From Candidatus Dormiibacterota bacterium (GTDB lineage: Bacteria > Chloroflexota > Dormibacteria > Aeolococcales > Aeolococcaceae), in the NCBI GenBank assembly GCA_963709585.1, contig CAVPXI010000014.1, positions 224,001 to 288,000 on the forward strand: DNA of 64,000 nucleotides. Direction: 5' to 3'. A program made the position numbers and the translations under genes. Positions 41,041-52,219 of the stretch are shown piece after piece (positions within the stretch are counted from its first letter, which is position 1; the number at the start of each line of letters is the position of its first letter). The notes beneath the pieces are model-generated. The model was not told the origin of the DNA. It searched no databases and saw nothing but the letters and a program-made list of their open reading frames with translations.

Positions 41041-42168
41041 ATGAGCATCACCTCGTTTCGCATCATCGACAGCACGCTCCGCGAGGGCGAGCAGTTCGCG
41101 CTCGCTCATTTCACGGTTGAACAGAAGCTCGCCATCGCGAGCGCACTGGACCGATTCGGCGTCGATTACATGGAGCTCACCTCGCCGGTGGCGTCACCGC
41201 AATCGGAGTCGGATCTTCGCCGCCTGGCACGGACCGAACGGCATTTTCGCTTGCTCACCCACGTTCGGTGCAGCCTCGACGACGCGAGGCTCGCCGTCGA
41301 TACCGGTGTTGACGGCGTCGACGTGCTCATCGCAACGTCGTCGCGGCTCCGTCCCGTCTCGCACGGCATGAGCATCGCCGAGATCATCGACGTCGGGACC
41401 GCCGTGGTCGGCGAGATCCGCAGCGCCGGCTGCGAAGCACGCTTCAGCACCGAGGACTCGTTTCGAAGTGACCCCGACGACCTGGTGCGCATCTATCGCG
41501 CGATCGACCGCGCGGGCGTGAACCGGGTCGGCCTCGCCGACACCGTCGGGGTCGCGACGCCGCCGCAGGTCCACGATCTGGTGTCGCTGGTGCGGCGGAA
41601 CGTCGGCTGTGACATCGAGTTCCATGCTCACGACGACACCGGGTGCGCGGTGGCCAACGCGCTCGCGGCACTCGAGGCCGGGGCGACGCACATCGACACC
41701 ACCATCCTCGGTATCGGGGAGCGCAATGGCATCGTCCCGCTCTCGGCGATGATGGCCCGGCTGGTGACCATCCAGCCCGAGCTGGTCGAGCACTACCGGC
41801 TCGAGATGCTGCCCGAGCTCGACGCGATGCTTGCGGAAATGCTCGGCGTCGCCGTCCCCTTCAACGCCGCGGTCACCGCCCCGACCGCGTTCCACCACAA
41901 GGCGGGGATGCACACCAAGGCGGTGCTCCTCGATCCCGGTGCCTACGAGGTGCTCGATCCCGCCCAGTTTGGACGCGAACGCAGCATTCTCGCCGGCCAC
42001 CGCCTCGCCGGCCGCCACGCGATCGGCGATCGCGCCTCAACGCTCGGCGTCCGCCTCGACGACGCCCGTCTGCGAAGCCTCACCGCCGAGGTGAAGCGTC
42101 GCGGCGACGACGGGCCCCTCGACGTCGCGGCCCTCGACGCGTTGATCGTCAGCTGGGAACAGGCGTAG
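41041..42168 (+). CDS. Homocitrate synthase
   Basis: DSTLREGEQ, FSTEDSFR, HAHDD, HKAG; heads the LysW operon. Confidence 0.92.
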   Translation: MSITSFRIIDSTLREGEQFALAHFTVEQKLAIASALDRFGVDYMELTSPVASPQSESDLRRLARTERHFRLLTHVRCSLDDARLAVDTGVDGVDVLIATSSRLRPVSHGMSIAEIIDVGTAVVGEIRSAGCEARFSTEDSFRSDPDDLVRIYRAIDRAGVNRVGLADTVGVATPPQVHDLVSLVRRNVGCDIEFHAHDDTGCAVANALAALEAGATHIDTTILGIGERNGIVPLSAMMARLVTIQPELVEHYRLEMLPELDAMLAEMLGVAVPFNAAVTAPTAFHHKAGMHTKAVLLDPGAYEVLDPAQFGRERSILAGHRLAGRHAIGDRASTLGVRLDDARLRSLTAEVKRRGDDGPLDVAALDALIVSWEQA

Positions 42169-42177
42169 GAGATCGAT

Positions 42178-43416
42178 ATGGGAACCATCACCGAGGAACT
42201 GTTCAGCCGCCGCCTGGAGCGCCCGGTGCACGCGGGGGACACGGTCATCGCCGAGGTCGACGTCGCGATGGCGCACGACGTCACCGGCCCGCTCGCCATC
42301 GAGGCGTTCAGGAGCCTCGATCTGCCGCTCTGGGACGCGAGCCGCATCGTCTTCAACTTCGACCACGTCATGCCCGCCAACACGGTTGCGGCGGCGGAGC
42401 TGCACCGCGTCATCCGCGAGTTCTGCGTCGAGCACGCGATCACCAATCTCTTCGCCGAGGGCATCTGCCACCAGGTGATGGTCGATCGGCGCCTCGCCCA
42501 GCCTGGTGGCATCGTGGTCGGGGCCGACTCGCACAGCACGACCTACGGCGGCCTCGGGTGCTTCGCGACCGGCCTCGGGTCCACCGACATCGGCGTGGTC
42601 TTCGCTACGGGCAAGACCTGGTTCCGGATCCCGGAAACAGTTCGGATCGATGTGCGTGGCGCGCTCCCTCGCGGCGTGTACGCCAAGGACCTGGCGCTCC
42701 ATGTGATCGCGCAGATGGGCGCCGATGGCGCCGACTACTGCGCGGTGGAATGGGGCGGCGAGGCGGTGGCGGCGATGAGCGTCGACGAGCGCCTGACGCT
42801 CTGCAACCTGAGCACCGACTTCGGCGCCAAGACCGGGATCGTGGAACCCGACGCGGTCACGTTCGCACACTCCGGCGGCGAGCCGGTGGACCTGCATCCG
42901 GTCCGACCCGAATACATGCGTACGCTGGTCGTCGACGCCGAGCGCCTGCGGCCGCAGGTCGCGGTGCACCCGAGCATCGACAACGTCCACAACATCGACG
43001 ACGTTGCCGGGACTCCGCTCGACGAGGTGTTCATCGGCAGTTGCACAAACGGCCGGCTCAGCGACCTCGCCATCGCGGCCGCGATCCTCGCGGGGCACAC
43101 TGTACATCCGAACACGCGGACGATCGTGGTACCCGCGTCGCGCGGCGTGTACCTGGAGGCGCTCGGCGCCGGTTACATCGAGACCTTCGCGCGCGCCGGT
43201 GCGCTGGTGCTCAACCCCGGGTGCGGCCCCTGCCTGGGACGGCAGCACGGCGTGGTCGGTCCCGGCGAGCGCGTGCTCTCGACCAGCAACCGCAACTACC
43301 CGGGCCGCATGGGCAGCCCGGACGCGCAGATCTTCCTGGCCTCGCCTGCGGTCGCCGCCGCATCCGCATTGGCGGGTGCGATCACCGATCCCGCCACCCT
43401 GGAGCTCGTCTCGTGA
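42178..43416 (+). CDS. Homoaconitase large subunit (LeuC family)
   Basis: DH, GICHQ, DSH, GSCTNG, CGPCLG, SNRNY.GRMG. Confidence 0.92.
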   Translation: MGTITEELFSRRLERPVHAGDTVIAEVDVAMAHDVTGPLAIEAFRSLDLPLWDASRIVFNFDHVMPANTVAAAELHRVIREFCVEHAITNLFAEGICHQVMVDRRLAQPGGIVVGADSHSTTYGGLGCFATGLGSTDIGVVFATGKTWFRIPETVRIDVRGALPRGVYAKDLALHVIAQMGADGADYCAVEWGGEAVAAMSVDERLTLCNLSTDFGAKTGIVEPDAVTFAHSGGEPVDLHPVRPEYMRTLVVDAERLRPQVAVHPSIDNVHNIDDVAGTPLDEVFIGSCTNGRLSDLAIAAAILAGHTVHPNTRTIVVPASRGVYLEALGAGYIETFARAGALVLNPGCGPCLGRQHGVVGPGERVLSTSNRNYPGRMGSPDAQIFLASPAVAAASALAGAITDPATLELVS

Positions 43417-43922
43417 GCGGCCGCGTGTTCCTCCTCGGCGACGGAGTCAGCACCGACGCGATCATGCCGGGGCGCTACAACGTCACCACGGATCCCGACG
43501 CACTGCGGCGCAGCTGCCTGATCGAGGCCCGGCCAGACTTCGTCGAGACCGTGCAGCCCGGTGACGTCATCGTCGCCGGGCGCAACTTCGGCTGCGGCAG
43601 CTCCCGCGAGCACGCGCCGCTGTCCATCAAGCGCAACGGCATCGCGGCGGTGATCGCCGCCAGCTTCGCCCGCATCTTCTACCGCAACGCGGTGAACATC
43701 GGCCTGCCGGTGATCCGCTGCGCGGACGCGCACCGTGTCCTCCACGACGGGGACGAGGTCACAGTCGATGCGCTCAGCGGGACGATCGTTGCTTCGACGC
43801 TGACGCTGCACGGCGAGCCGCCGTCGGGCGTCGCCCTGCGCATCATCGAAGCCGGCTCGCTCGTGGACCTGATCCGGCGGGGCGGCTGGGCTGCCCTCGA
43901 GGAGGTGCGCCATGTGTCCTGA
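43413..43922 (+). CDS. Homoaconitase small subunit (LeuD family)
   Basis: [29 protein letters not shown]. Confidence 0.92.
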   Translation: MSGRVFLLGDGVSTDAIMPGRYNVTTDPDALRRSCLIEARPDFVETVQPGDVIVAGRNFGCGSSREHAPLSIKRNGIAAVIAASFARIFYRNAVNIGLPVIRCADAHRVLHDGDEVTVDALSGTIVASTLTLHGEPPSGVALRIIEAGSLVDLIRRGGWAALEEVRHVS

Positions 43923-44070
43923 GTGCGACGCGCAGGTCGCGGTCGACGCGAGCGTCGAACGCGGTGAGGTCGTGACCTGCCCGGAGTGCAATGCCGAGCT
44001 CGAGGTGGTTGGGCTCGATCCTGCTCGCTTCGTGCTCGCTCCTCCGGAAGAAGTCGACTGGGGTGAGTGA
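43912..44070 (+). CDS. lysW: Amino-group carrier protein LysW
   Basis: GGAGG RBS; MCPECDA...[10 protein letters not shown]...EEVDWGE; not in the ORF track. Confidence 0.95.
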   Translation: MCPECDAQVAVDASVERGEVVTCPECNAELEVVGLDPARFVLAPPEEVDWGE

Positions 44071-44074
44071 TCGC

Positions 44075-44935
44075 ATGCTCATCGGCATGCTCTGCTCGCG
44101 CGTCCGCGTCGAGGAGAAGTTGTTGCGCGACGCGCTCGTGCACCGCGGGATCGACGTCGAGATCGTCGACGACCGGGAGCTGACCTTCACGCTGGCGCAA
44201 CCCGTGCGGCGTTGGGACGCCGTGCTCGAACGGAGCATCTCGCAGACGCGCGGGCTCGCCGTGACCCGAGTTCTCGACTCGTGGGGAGTGCCAACCGTAA
44301 ACCGTCATGCGGTGGCCGCCACCTGCGCGAGCAAGCTCGACACGTCGGTAGCGCTCGAGGTGGCGGGTGTTCCCACGCCGGCCACCGCGGTTGCGTTCTC
44401 ACCCGAGGCCGCACTTCGCGCGTGCGAGGAGCTGGGCTTCCCGGTGGTGCTCAAGCCGGTCACCGGCTCGTGGGGCAGGTTGCTCGCGAAGATCAACGAC
44501 CGCGACGCCGCCGAGGCGCTGTTCGAGCACAAGGCGCTGCTCGGCGGGCCCGAGCACTCGGTCTTCTACCTGCAACGACACGTCGACAAGCCGGGTCGTG
44601 ACATCCGCGCGTTCGTGGTGGGCGACGAGGTCGTCTGCGCGATCTACCGGGAGTCCGAGCACTGGGTCACCAATACGGCGCGCGGCGCCAGGACGCGCGA
44701 CTGCCCTGTCGACGCGACCCTGCGCCGGCTGTCGCTGAGCGCGGCGGCTGCGGTCGGCGGCGGGGTCCTGGCGATCGATCTGCTCGAGGATCGCGACCGG
44801 CTGCTGGTCAGCGAGGTCAACGCGACCATGGAGTTCAAGAACTCGATCGACGTGACCGGCGTCGACATTCCCGGACGTGTCGCCGACCACGTCCGCGAGG
44901 TCGCTCGCGGCGCGAAGGTTGCGGTGGGAGGCTGA
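44075..44935 (+). CDS. lysX: LysW-aminoadipate ligase (ATP-grasp)
   Basis: [42 protein letters not shown]. Confidence 0.94.
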   Translation: MLIGMLCSRVRVEEKLLRDALVHRGIDVEIVDDRELTFTLAQPVRRWDAVLERSISQTRGLAVTRVLDSWGVPTVNRHAVAATCASKLDTSVALEVAGVPTPATAVAFSPEAALRACEELGFPVVLKPVTGSWGRLLAKINDRDAAEALFEHKALLGGPEHSVFYLQRHVDKPGRDIRAFVVGDEVVCAIYRESEHWVTNTARGARTRDCPVDATLRRLSLSAAAAVGGGVLAIDLLEDRDRLLVSEVNATMEFKNSIDVTGVDIPGRVADHVREVARGAKVAVGG

Positions 44936-44936
44936 G

Positions 44937-46004
44937 GTGGCGCTGGGTATAGACGTTGCGACGCACACGAGAATCGAGGTCGCCGAGCTGCTCACCGCGA
45001 TGCTTTCGGTGCCCAGTCCGAGCGGCGAGGAAGACGCGGTGGCGTCGCTGCTGGTCTCGCGGCTGCTGCGCGCCGGCTTCGATGTCGACGTCGATGCCGC
45101 CGGCAACGTGGTGGCCGGATGGGGCGAGGGCGCGGAGACGATCGCGCTCGTCGGGCACATCGACACCGTCCCCGGTCACATCGGCGTCCGCCGCGACGGC
45201 GATCTCCTCCACGGGCGAGGCGCCGTCGACGCCAAGGGTCCGCTCGCGGCGGCGATCGCCGCGGTCAGCCGGCAGCCCCGCGACGGCGGGCGACGCTACG
45301 TGATCGTCGGTGCCGTCGAGGAGGAGACGACATCACGGGGAGCGCGCCACCTGGCGGCGTCGATCCCGGCTCCATCCGCACTGGTGATTCTCGAGCCGAG
45401 TGGCTGGGACGCGGTGACCATCGGATACAAGGGGAGCCTGCGGCTGCGCGCGAGCGTCGACCAGCCACACGCCCACGGCGCGGGTCGCGAGCCGAGCGCG
45501 CCCGACCGCTGTGTCGCCCTGGTTCGAGCGCTCCAGGATCGCGCCGGGCAGTCCGGTGGCGACGCGGGTGTCTTCGACCGGGTGGACGTCCGAGTGCTGG
45601 GGTTCGAACTCGGGGAGCGATGGCTTGACCGATCGGGCGAGCGTGGATCTTGGTGTTCGGACTCCCCGGGGTGCGAAGTGGACGCGCTGATCGAGGTCGC
45701 GCGATCCTCGGCGCCCACCGCCACACTGACCGTTCTCGGCCGCGAACCGGGGGTGCGCACCGACCGGCGCAGCCGGCTTGCCCGCGGCTTCGTCAGCGCC
45801 ATCCGCACGCGGGGCGGGACACCGCGATTCAAGCTCAAGACCGGGACGTCCGACCTCAACATCCTCGGTCCCGCGTGGGGGTGCCAGGCGGTGGCGTACG
45901 GACCCGGCGACTCGCAGCTCGATCACACACCGCGCGAGCACGTCTCGATCGCGGAGCTCGAGCGGGCGGTTTCGGTGCTCGAACTCGCCCTGGGCGCCGG
46001 ATGA
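44937..46004 (+). CDS. lysK: [LysW]-lysine hydrolase (M20); two compensating frameshifts at ~45608 and ~45662
   Basis: GHIDTV, GRGAVDAKG, VEEE, KTGTSD, YGPGD..LDHTP.E. Confidence 0.9.
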   Translation: MALGIDVATHTRIEVAELLTAMLSVPSPSGEEDAVASLLVSRLLRAGFDVDVDAAGNVVAGWGEGAETIALVGHIDTVPGHIGVRRDGDLLHGRGAVDAKGPLAAAIAAVSRQPRDGGRRYVIVGAVEEETTSRGARHLAASIPAPSALVILEPSGWDAVTIGYKGSLRLRASVDQPHAHGAGREPSAPDRCVALVRALQDRAGQSGGDAGVFDRVDVRVLGFELGERWLDRSGERGSWCSDSPGCEVDALIEVARSSAPTATLTVLGREPGVRTDRRSRLARGFVSAIRTRGGTPRFKLKTGTSDLNILGPAWGCQAVAYGPGDSQLDHTPREHVSIAELERAVSVLELALGAG

Positions 46005-47036
46005 TCCGCGCGGCGGTGGTGGGAGGCGCCGGGTACGCGGGCGGTGAGGTGTTGCGCCTGCTCGCCGGCCACCCTGAGGTCGAGGTCGTCCAGGTCACCT
46101 CCGAGCGTCTCGCCGGAAAGCCCGTTGCCTCCCTCCATCCGCCGTTGCGGGGCCGCACCGAGCTGCGCTTCTCGACACGCGACACGCTCGGTGATTCAGA
46201 CGTCGTGTTCGCGGCCATGAGTCACAGCGAGTTCGAGCGCGGCGATCGATCAACTCCGCGCCGCAGCGCCGGTCGTGATCGACTTGGGCGCCGACTTCCG
46301 GTTGCGCGACGCGGGGGACTACCCACGCTGGTACGGCTGGACTCACCCGTCGCCGGAGCTGCTCGCCACCGCCGTGTACGGCCTCGTCGAGATGCACCGC
46401 CCGGAGATCGCGTCGGCGTCGCTCATCGCCGCCGGAGGGTGTCTCGCGACCGCGTCGATTCTCGGCCTCGCCCCGCTCGCCTGCGCCGGGCTGCTCGACC
46501 CCGCCATCCCGGTGGTCGTGGAAGCCAAGGTCGGCTCCTCCGCCGGCGGATCACAGGCGGGAGACGCGACCCACCACGCGCACCGAAGTGGCGAGATCCG
46601 CTCCTACGCGCCCACGGGCCACCGCCACACCGCGGAGATCGTGCAGGAACTCCACCTCGGCTCTGTGGCGTTCTCCGCGACCGCCGTCGAGGCGGTTCGG
46701 GGCGTGCTCGTCACCGCCCACGCGTTCATCAACGCCGACCTCGACGATCGCGAGCTCTGGCGCGTCTATCGATCTCGATACGGCTCCGAGCCGTTCGTGC
46801 GCATCGTCAAGTCGCGCACCGGTCTGCACCGCTCTCCTTCCCCGAAGCTGCTCAGCGGGACCAATTACTGCGACGTCGGCTTCGAGCGCGACCCGCATTC
46901 GCGCCGCGTGGTCGTCACCGCCGCCCTCGACAACCTGGTCAAGGGATCAGCCGGTCAGGCGGTGCAGGCGTGCAACGTCCGCCACGGCTTCCCCGAGACG
47001 CTCGGGCTCGAGTTCGGCGGCCTGTACCCGATCTGA
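46001..47036 (+). CDS. lysY: [LysW]-aminoadipyl-phosphate reductase (ArgC family; frameshift at ~46231)
   Basis: GGAGYAGGE, DLGADFRL, YGLVE, GGC.AT, DNLVKGSAGQAVQ. Confidence 0.92.
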
Positions 47037-47827
47037 TGATCGTCGTGAAGATCGGCGGGAGTGTTCGCCGGCTCGACCCGCTCCTCGAGGACATCGCGAC
47101 CACCACCGAGCAGACGGTCGTGGTGCACGGCGCCAGCCGGGAGCTCGACGACCTCTCCACCCGGCTCGGCAGCCCGCCCCGGATGGTCGAATCGGAGCGC
47201 GGGGACGTGAGCAGGTTCACCGACGCGACGACCATGGACCACTTCCTCATGGCATATGCGGGACGGGCGAACAAGCGGATCGTCGAGCGGCTCCGGCAGC
47301 TCGGCGTCAACGCCTTCGGCCTGTGCGGTCTCGACGGCGCTGTGGTGCGGGGGACGCGCCGGCCCACCCTGCGGATTCGGGAGAACGGCCGGACCAGGGT
47401 GCTCCACGGCAACCATGTGGGGCGCATCGATGCCGTCGACGCGGTGCTGCTGGGCAGGCTGCTCGCAGGCGGGGTCACCCCGGTGATCTGCCCGCCGATC
47501 GCCTCGGAGGATGGAACCGCGATCAATGTCGACGGGGACCGGCTCGCCGCCGAGATCGCGGTCGCGCTCGGCGCGACTCTGCTCATCATCTTCGCCGATA
47601 CGCCGGGACTCCTCCGCGACCCCGCCGACGAGACGAGCCTCATCGGACGGCTCTCGCCCCGCGAGGCGGAACACTTGATTCCGTCCATCGGAGGCAGGGC
47701 GCGGGTCAAGCTGCGCGCCAGTGCCGAGGCGCGGCTTCGCGGCGTCGGCGCCGTCTGCGTCGCGGACGGGCGCGTGCCGCGACCGTTGTTCAGCGCCTTC
47801 TCCGGAGCCGGAACCTGGGTGCGTTAG
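47036..47827 (+). CDS. lysZ: [LysW]-aminoadipate kinase
   Basis: VVKIGG, VVVHG, SRFTD, NVDGDR. Confidence 0.92.
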   Translation: MIVVKIGGSVRRLDPLLEDIATTTEQTVVVHGASRELDDLSTRLGSPPRMVESERGDVSRFTDATTMDHFLMAYAGRANKRIVERLRQLGVNAFGLCGLDGAVVRGTRRPTLRIRENGRTRVLHGNHVGRIDAVDAVLLGRLLAGGVTPVICPPIASEDGTAINVDGDRLAAEIAVALGATLLIIFADTPGLLRDPADETSLIGRLSPREAEHLIPSIGGRARVKLRASAEARLRGVGAVCVADGRVPRPLFSAFSGAGTWVR

Positions 47828-47858
47828 GGACCCGTCGGCTACGCTGACCGCCACGTCC

Positions 47859-48652
47859 ATGGTGCAGCGTTCTTTTTTTGGGACATCGACCACGATCGCC
47901 TTCGCCCATCGCGGGGGCGGCGGCGAGGCCCCGGAGAACACGCTGCCCGCGTTCGAGGCCGCCGTCGCCATGGGGTACCGATACCTGGAGACCGACGTCC
48001 AGGTGACCAGTGACGGCGTGCTCCTCGTGTTCCACGACAGCAGCCTCGAACGCCTGACCGATCGCGTGGGGAGGGTCTGCGAGCTCTCCCTCGACGAGGT
48101 TCGCGAGGCCGACGCCGGGTACGCATTCACTCCCGACGGAGGCCTGACCTACCCCCATCGCGGCACCGGGATCGTGATCCCGACGCTAGAGGAGCTGCTC
48201 TCTCGCTGGGACGACGTCTACCTCAACATCGATGCCAAGGCGGATGACACAGTCGCTCCGCTGGTCGCGCTCGTCAAGCGCATGGATGCGTTCAATCGCG
48301 TGTGCATCGGGTCGTTCTCCGATCGACGGGTCGCGCGCATCCGGGCGCTCGCGGACGGACGGATCTGCTCGTCGATGGGACAGGTGGCGACGGTGATGGC
48401 GTACGCCGCATCGAGGACGGGCAGGATGCCCCGGTTCCACGCCGACTGCCTCCAGGTGCCGCCGCGCTGGAGCAGGTTTCGAATCGACAGGCGGTTCGTG
48501 AACGCGGCGCACCACGCCGGGCTCCCGGTCCATCTGTGGACCGTTGACGACGAGACCGAGATGGAGTTCTCCTCGACATCGGTGTCGACGGCATCATGAC
48601 CGACCGTCCTCGGATCCTTAAACAGGTCCTGGAAGCGCGGGGTCTGTGGTGA
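47859..48652 (+). CDS. Glycerophosphodiester phosphodiesterase (frameshift at ~48567)
   Basis: AHRGG..APENT, ETDV, HD, WTVDD; shifted frame gives GVDGIMTDRP. Confidence 0.88.
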
Positions 48653-48679
48653 TCGCGGCAGCGCGCTATCGTGAAGCGG

Positions 48680-50479
48680 ATGCTGCCCTCTGATTCCGGG
48701 GTGCGGTACATCCCGGCTGGCGATGACGCCGACTGGTACCAGCCGGACGAGCATCTGCGCTGGCTGACCCGCCGGACCGTCGGCGAGACCGCGTGGCCGG
48801 TCGTCGAGGGGGCGCTCCGCGAGCTCGGCACGCTGGTGCCACGGGTAATCGAGCCACTGGCCCGTGCCGCGGACCGGCACCCGCCGGTGCTGCGCTCGTA
48901 CAACGGTCGCGGGGAGCGCGTCGACGAGATCGAATTCCATCCGGCGTACAAGCAGCTCGAATCGACGGTCCTGGGCTTCGGCGCGGTGCGCGCCGCCTAC
49001 GCGCCCGGATGGCGCGGGCTCCCCGGACGCGCGCCGCGAAGCCTGGTCACCGCGATGCTCTATCTCCTGCTCGAGTCCGACCAGGCGGTCACCGGCTGTC
49101 CCATCGGGATGATGGACGCCGCCGCTCGCTGCCTCGAACGCAACGACCCGTCCCTGGCCGCACGCTTTGTTCCCGGCATCATCGACGACGCCGGCAGGCA
49201 CCTCACGGTCGCGATGTTCCTCACCGAGAAGGCCGGCGGATCGGATGTGGGCGCGAACGAGAGCGTAGCCGCTCCCGCGGGCGATGGCACCTGGCGCCTC
49301 TCCGGCGAGAAATGGTTCGCGAGCTGCGCGCACAGCGATCTGATCCTGGTGCTCGCCCGACCGGTGGGCGCCGCCCCCGGACCGCGAGGGCTCGGCCTCT
49401 TCCTGATGCCACGTCTGCTCGAGGACGGAACACGCAACACCTTCATCATCCACCGCCTCAAGGAGAAGTTCGGCACCCACGCGATGGCGTCGGCCGAGGT
49501 CGGCCTGCGCGACTTGTTCGCGTGGCAGGTGGGTGCCCTCGAGCGTGGCCTGCCCCAGATGATGGACATGGTCAACGCGACCCGGATCGGTATCGCCACC
49601 GCCACCGCCGGCGCCATGCGGCGCAGCGCGTTCGAGGCGTTGACACACACGCGGGGGCGATCGACGTTCGGGCGGCGGCTCGATCTCCACCCCTTGATGC
49701 GCGACACGCTCGCGGAGCTCGTGGTGGACTCGGTCGCAGGCCTCAGCGCCGCGATGGGCGTCGCAGACCTCTCCGATCGCGCGGACTCCGGCGACCGCGA
49801 AGCCGGCGACGCCCTGCGACTCCTCACCCCACTCTTCAAGATGCACGGCACCGAGCGCGCCCGAGTCTGCGCCACCGAGGGCATGGAGGTTCGCGGCGGC
49901 AACGGGTTCATCGAGGACTGGCCCGACGCGCGGCTGCTGCGTGATGTCTACGTGCACGCGATCTGGGAGGGATCGGGCAACGTGATCGCGCTCGACGTGC
50001 AGCGCGCCATCGAGCACGGCGCGCTGCCCGGCTTCCTGGGCGACAGCGAGCGCCGGGCCGAGGGGGTCTCGAGCGGCGGAGCTGTCGCGCCCCTGGGTGG
50101 AGTGCTCATCGACACGCTCCAGCGCCTCGAGATCCAGCTGCGGGCGTTGAACGGCATCGACGATCCGGACGCGAGACAGCTGCCGCTGCGTCGCATCGCG
50201 CGACGCATGGCCACAATCGCGATCGGTGCGCGGCTTGCCGAGCAGGCCAACCAGTTCGCGGCCGACACCGGCAGCGGACGCCTCGGCTGGATCGCGGCCC
50301 GCTATCTCTGCCGGCTCGGCGGCGAGCCCTCACTCACGCGGTTCGCCGATGACGCCTCGTGGCTGCCCCATGCTGACGCGTTGCTCCACGGCGGCGAGGT
50401 CCCGGTGGACGTGGCGACGGCGGCGGCGCGACGCACCGCGGCGGCCCTCGGGGCGCCAGGCGCCCTGGTCTCCGTCTAA
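48680..50479 (+). CDS. Acyl-CoA dehydrogenase (AidB-like)
   Basis: MFLTEKAGGSDV, GEKWFAS, RLKEKFGT, EVRGGNG, IWEGSGNV. Confidence 0.9.
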   Translation: MLPSDSGVRYIPAGDDADWYQPDEHLRWLTRRTVGETAWPVVEGALRELGTLVPRVIEPLARAADRHPPVLRSYNGRGERVDEIEFHPAYKQLESTVLGFGAVRAAYAPGWRGLPGRAPRSLVTAMLYLLLESDQAVTGCPIGMMDAAARCLERNDPSLAARFVPGIIDDAGRHLTVAMFLTEKAGGSDVGANESVAAPAGDGTWRLSGEKWFASCAHSDLILVLARPVGAAPGPRGLGLFLMPRLLEDGTRNTFIIHRLKEKFGTHAMASAEVGLRDLFAWQVGALERGLPQMMDMVNATRIGIATATAGAMRRSAFEALTHTRGRSTFGRRLDLHPLMRDTLAELVVDSVAGLSAAMGVADLSDRADSGDREAGDALRLLTPLFKMHGTERARVCATEGMEVRGGNGFIEDWPDARLLRDVYVHAIWEGSGNVIALDVQRAIEHGALPGFLGDSERRAEGVSSGGAVAPLGGVLIDTLQRLEIQLRALNGIDDPDARQLPLRRIARRMATIAIGARLAEQANQFAADTGSGRLGWIAARYLCRLGGEPSLTRFADDASWLPHADALLHGGEVPVDVATAAARRTAAALGAPGALVSV

Positions 50480-51141
50480 GCCCCGACCACCAGGGCGAAG
50501 GCGAATCCGTCCCAGCCCTTGACCCCGACCGTCTGGATCACCGCCGGGGCGATCCGGCGATCGGCCCCCATCTGCTCGATGAGGCGGCGCATGCCCTCGG
50601 CATCTGGATCGTCGCTGCCGGTGTCGATCAGCTTCCCCTGGCGCACCACGTTGTCCACGACGATGAGGCTGCCGGGATGCGAGAGGTCGACGGCCGCGCT
50701 GAAGTACGCGGGCGTGTTGCGTTTGTCGGCGTCGATGAAGACGAGATCGAAGGGCTCGCCACGATCGGCTCGCAACGCCGCGAGGCTGTCGAGCGCCGCG
50801 CCGACCCGCACCTCGACCTTGCCGTCCAGCCCGGCGCGGGCGATGTTGCCGCGCGCGACCTCGGCGTGGTGCTCGTCGAGCTCGAGGCTGATCAGCCGGC
50901 CGTCGTCGGGCAGCGCGCGCCCCATCCAGATGGCGCTGTACCCGCCGAGCGTGCCGATCTCGAGAATCCGGCGGGCGTGGATCGCGCGCGCCAGCACGTT
51001 GAGAAACTGCCCCTGGGCGGGGGACACAGCGATGTTCGGGAGACTGGCGCTGTCCCTGATCGCCGCCTCGAGCACCGGGTCGGCGGGTTGGAGCTCGCCG
51101 GTGGTGTACGCGTCGACGGCGTCCCAGCGATCGTCATTCAT
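50476..51141 (-). CDS. O-methyltransferase (caffeoyl-CoA OMT-like)
   Basis: LEIGTLGGYS, FIDADK, DNV, KGWDG. Confidence 0.92.
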   Translation of the reverse strand: MNDDRWDAVDAYTTGELQPADPVLEAAIRDSASLPNIAVSPAQGQFLNVLARAIHARRILEIGTLGGYSAIWMGRALPDDGRLISLELDEHHAEVARGNIARAGLDGKVEVRVGAALDSLAALRADRGEPFDLVFIDADKRNTPAYFSAAVDLSHPGSLIVVDNVVRQGKLIDTGSDDPDAEGMRRLIEQMGADRRIAPAVIQTVGVKGWDGFAFALVVGA

Positions 51142-51151
51142 TGACCGCAGT

Positions 51152-51923
51152 CTACCGACGCCGGGCCACCCACACCTCCTCCGACGGCCAGCGCCTCGCC
51201 CAGTCCAGGGTCACATGCGGGTAGCGCGTGGTCGCGGTGCTCGAGGGGCGGAGCTCGATCAGGGCCTCGATGTCGAAACCCGAGCCGCGGAGGAGACGGA
51301 TCCAGTCGCCGTGGTTGAGATGGAATTCGACGCTCTCGTCGTCGGGCCACTCGAATCGATGCATCCCGAAGTAGTCGCGCCGGAGTTCGGTGCCCGCGGG
51401 TCCGTCGGCGTCGGAATCGGTCATGGTGAGCATCAGCAAAGCACCATTGCCGAGGAAGATCAGCCGGCCTCCAGGACGGAGCAGCCGGGCGGCCTCGGGG
51501 ATCCAGCGGTACGGGTCGCACCAGATCGCCGCGCCGTACTCGCTGATCGCCAGGTCGAATGTGGCATCGGCGAGCGGGACCGCCTCGGCGCTGGCGTGGA
51601 TCAGCGGGAAGTGAAGCTCGGTGCTCATCCTGGAGTGCACGGGCGGTGGCGAGCTGGTTCTCGGACAGGTCGATCCCGACCGGCCTCGCGCCGCGGCGCG
51701 TGAGCCATGCCGACACGTAGGCGGTGCCGCACCCCAGCTCGATGGTGTCGAGGCCGGCGACGTCGGGGAGGATGCGCGCGTCGCTCTCCGGTATGCCCCA
51801 GATACCCCAGGAGGGCTGCCCAGCGGCCCAGTTTCGGCGCCCCGGCTCGGCGTACTTGGCCGCCGACATGTTCCAGGAGGCGCGATTGCGGGCGATGTGA
51901 TCGCCGCTCTCGTCTGCAGTCAT
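51152..51923 (-). CDS. Class I SAM-dependent methyltransferase (frameshift at ~51622)
   Basis: ELGCGTAYVS then FDLAISEYGA..WCDP...RLLRPGG. Confidence 0.87.
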
Positions 51924-51946
51924 CGCCGGCGACTGTAACCGGGAAT

Positions 51947-52024
51947 TGGGGTGGCCAGCGGGATTCGAACCCGCGACCTCCAGGGCCACAACCTGGCACT
52001 CTAACCAGCTGAGCTATGGCCACC
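51947..52024 (-). tRNA. tRNA-His(GTG)
   Basis: Encoded G-1, GTGGCCA/TGGCCAC stem, GTG anticodon, CCA; TATAAT at 52052-52057. Confidence 0.97.
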
Positions 52025-52109
52025 ATAAGTCTCCGCAGAGGAGGCTCGGCGATTATATGGCGCGGTGACCGGCGTTCCGGACGAATCAGCGCAGGTACAC
52101 TCGCCGCGC

Positions 52110-52185
52110 GCCCCCGTAGCTCAGCGGATAGAGCAGCGAGCTTCTAACTCGACGGCCGTGGGTTCAACTCCTACCGGGGGCGCCA
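52110..52185 (+). tRNA. tRNA-Arg(TCT)
   Basis: GCCCCCG/CGGGGGC stem, CTTCTAA loop, CCA; TACACT at 52096-52101. Confidence 0.95.
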
Positions 52186-52219
52186 CTCCGTTGGACACGT
52201 GGTGGGGAAGGCTTTCCGA

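Noticed and set aside
41643-47827. Long ORFs 41643-43922 (759 aa) and 45650-47827 (725 aa) as novel fusion proteins
   Set aside because: Arg/Gly-rich off-frame extensions of the real hacB and lysZ genes, typical of high-GC DNA
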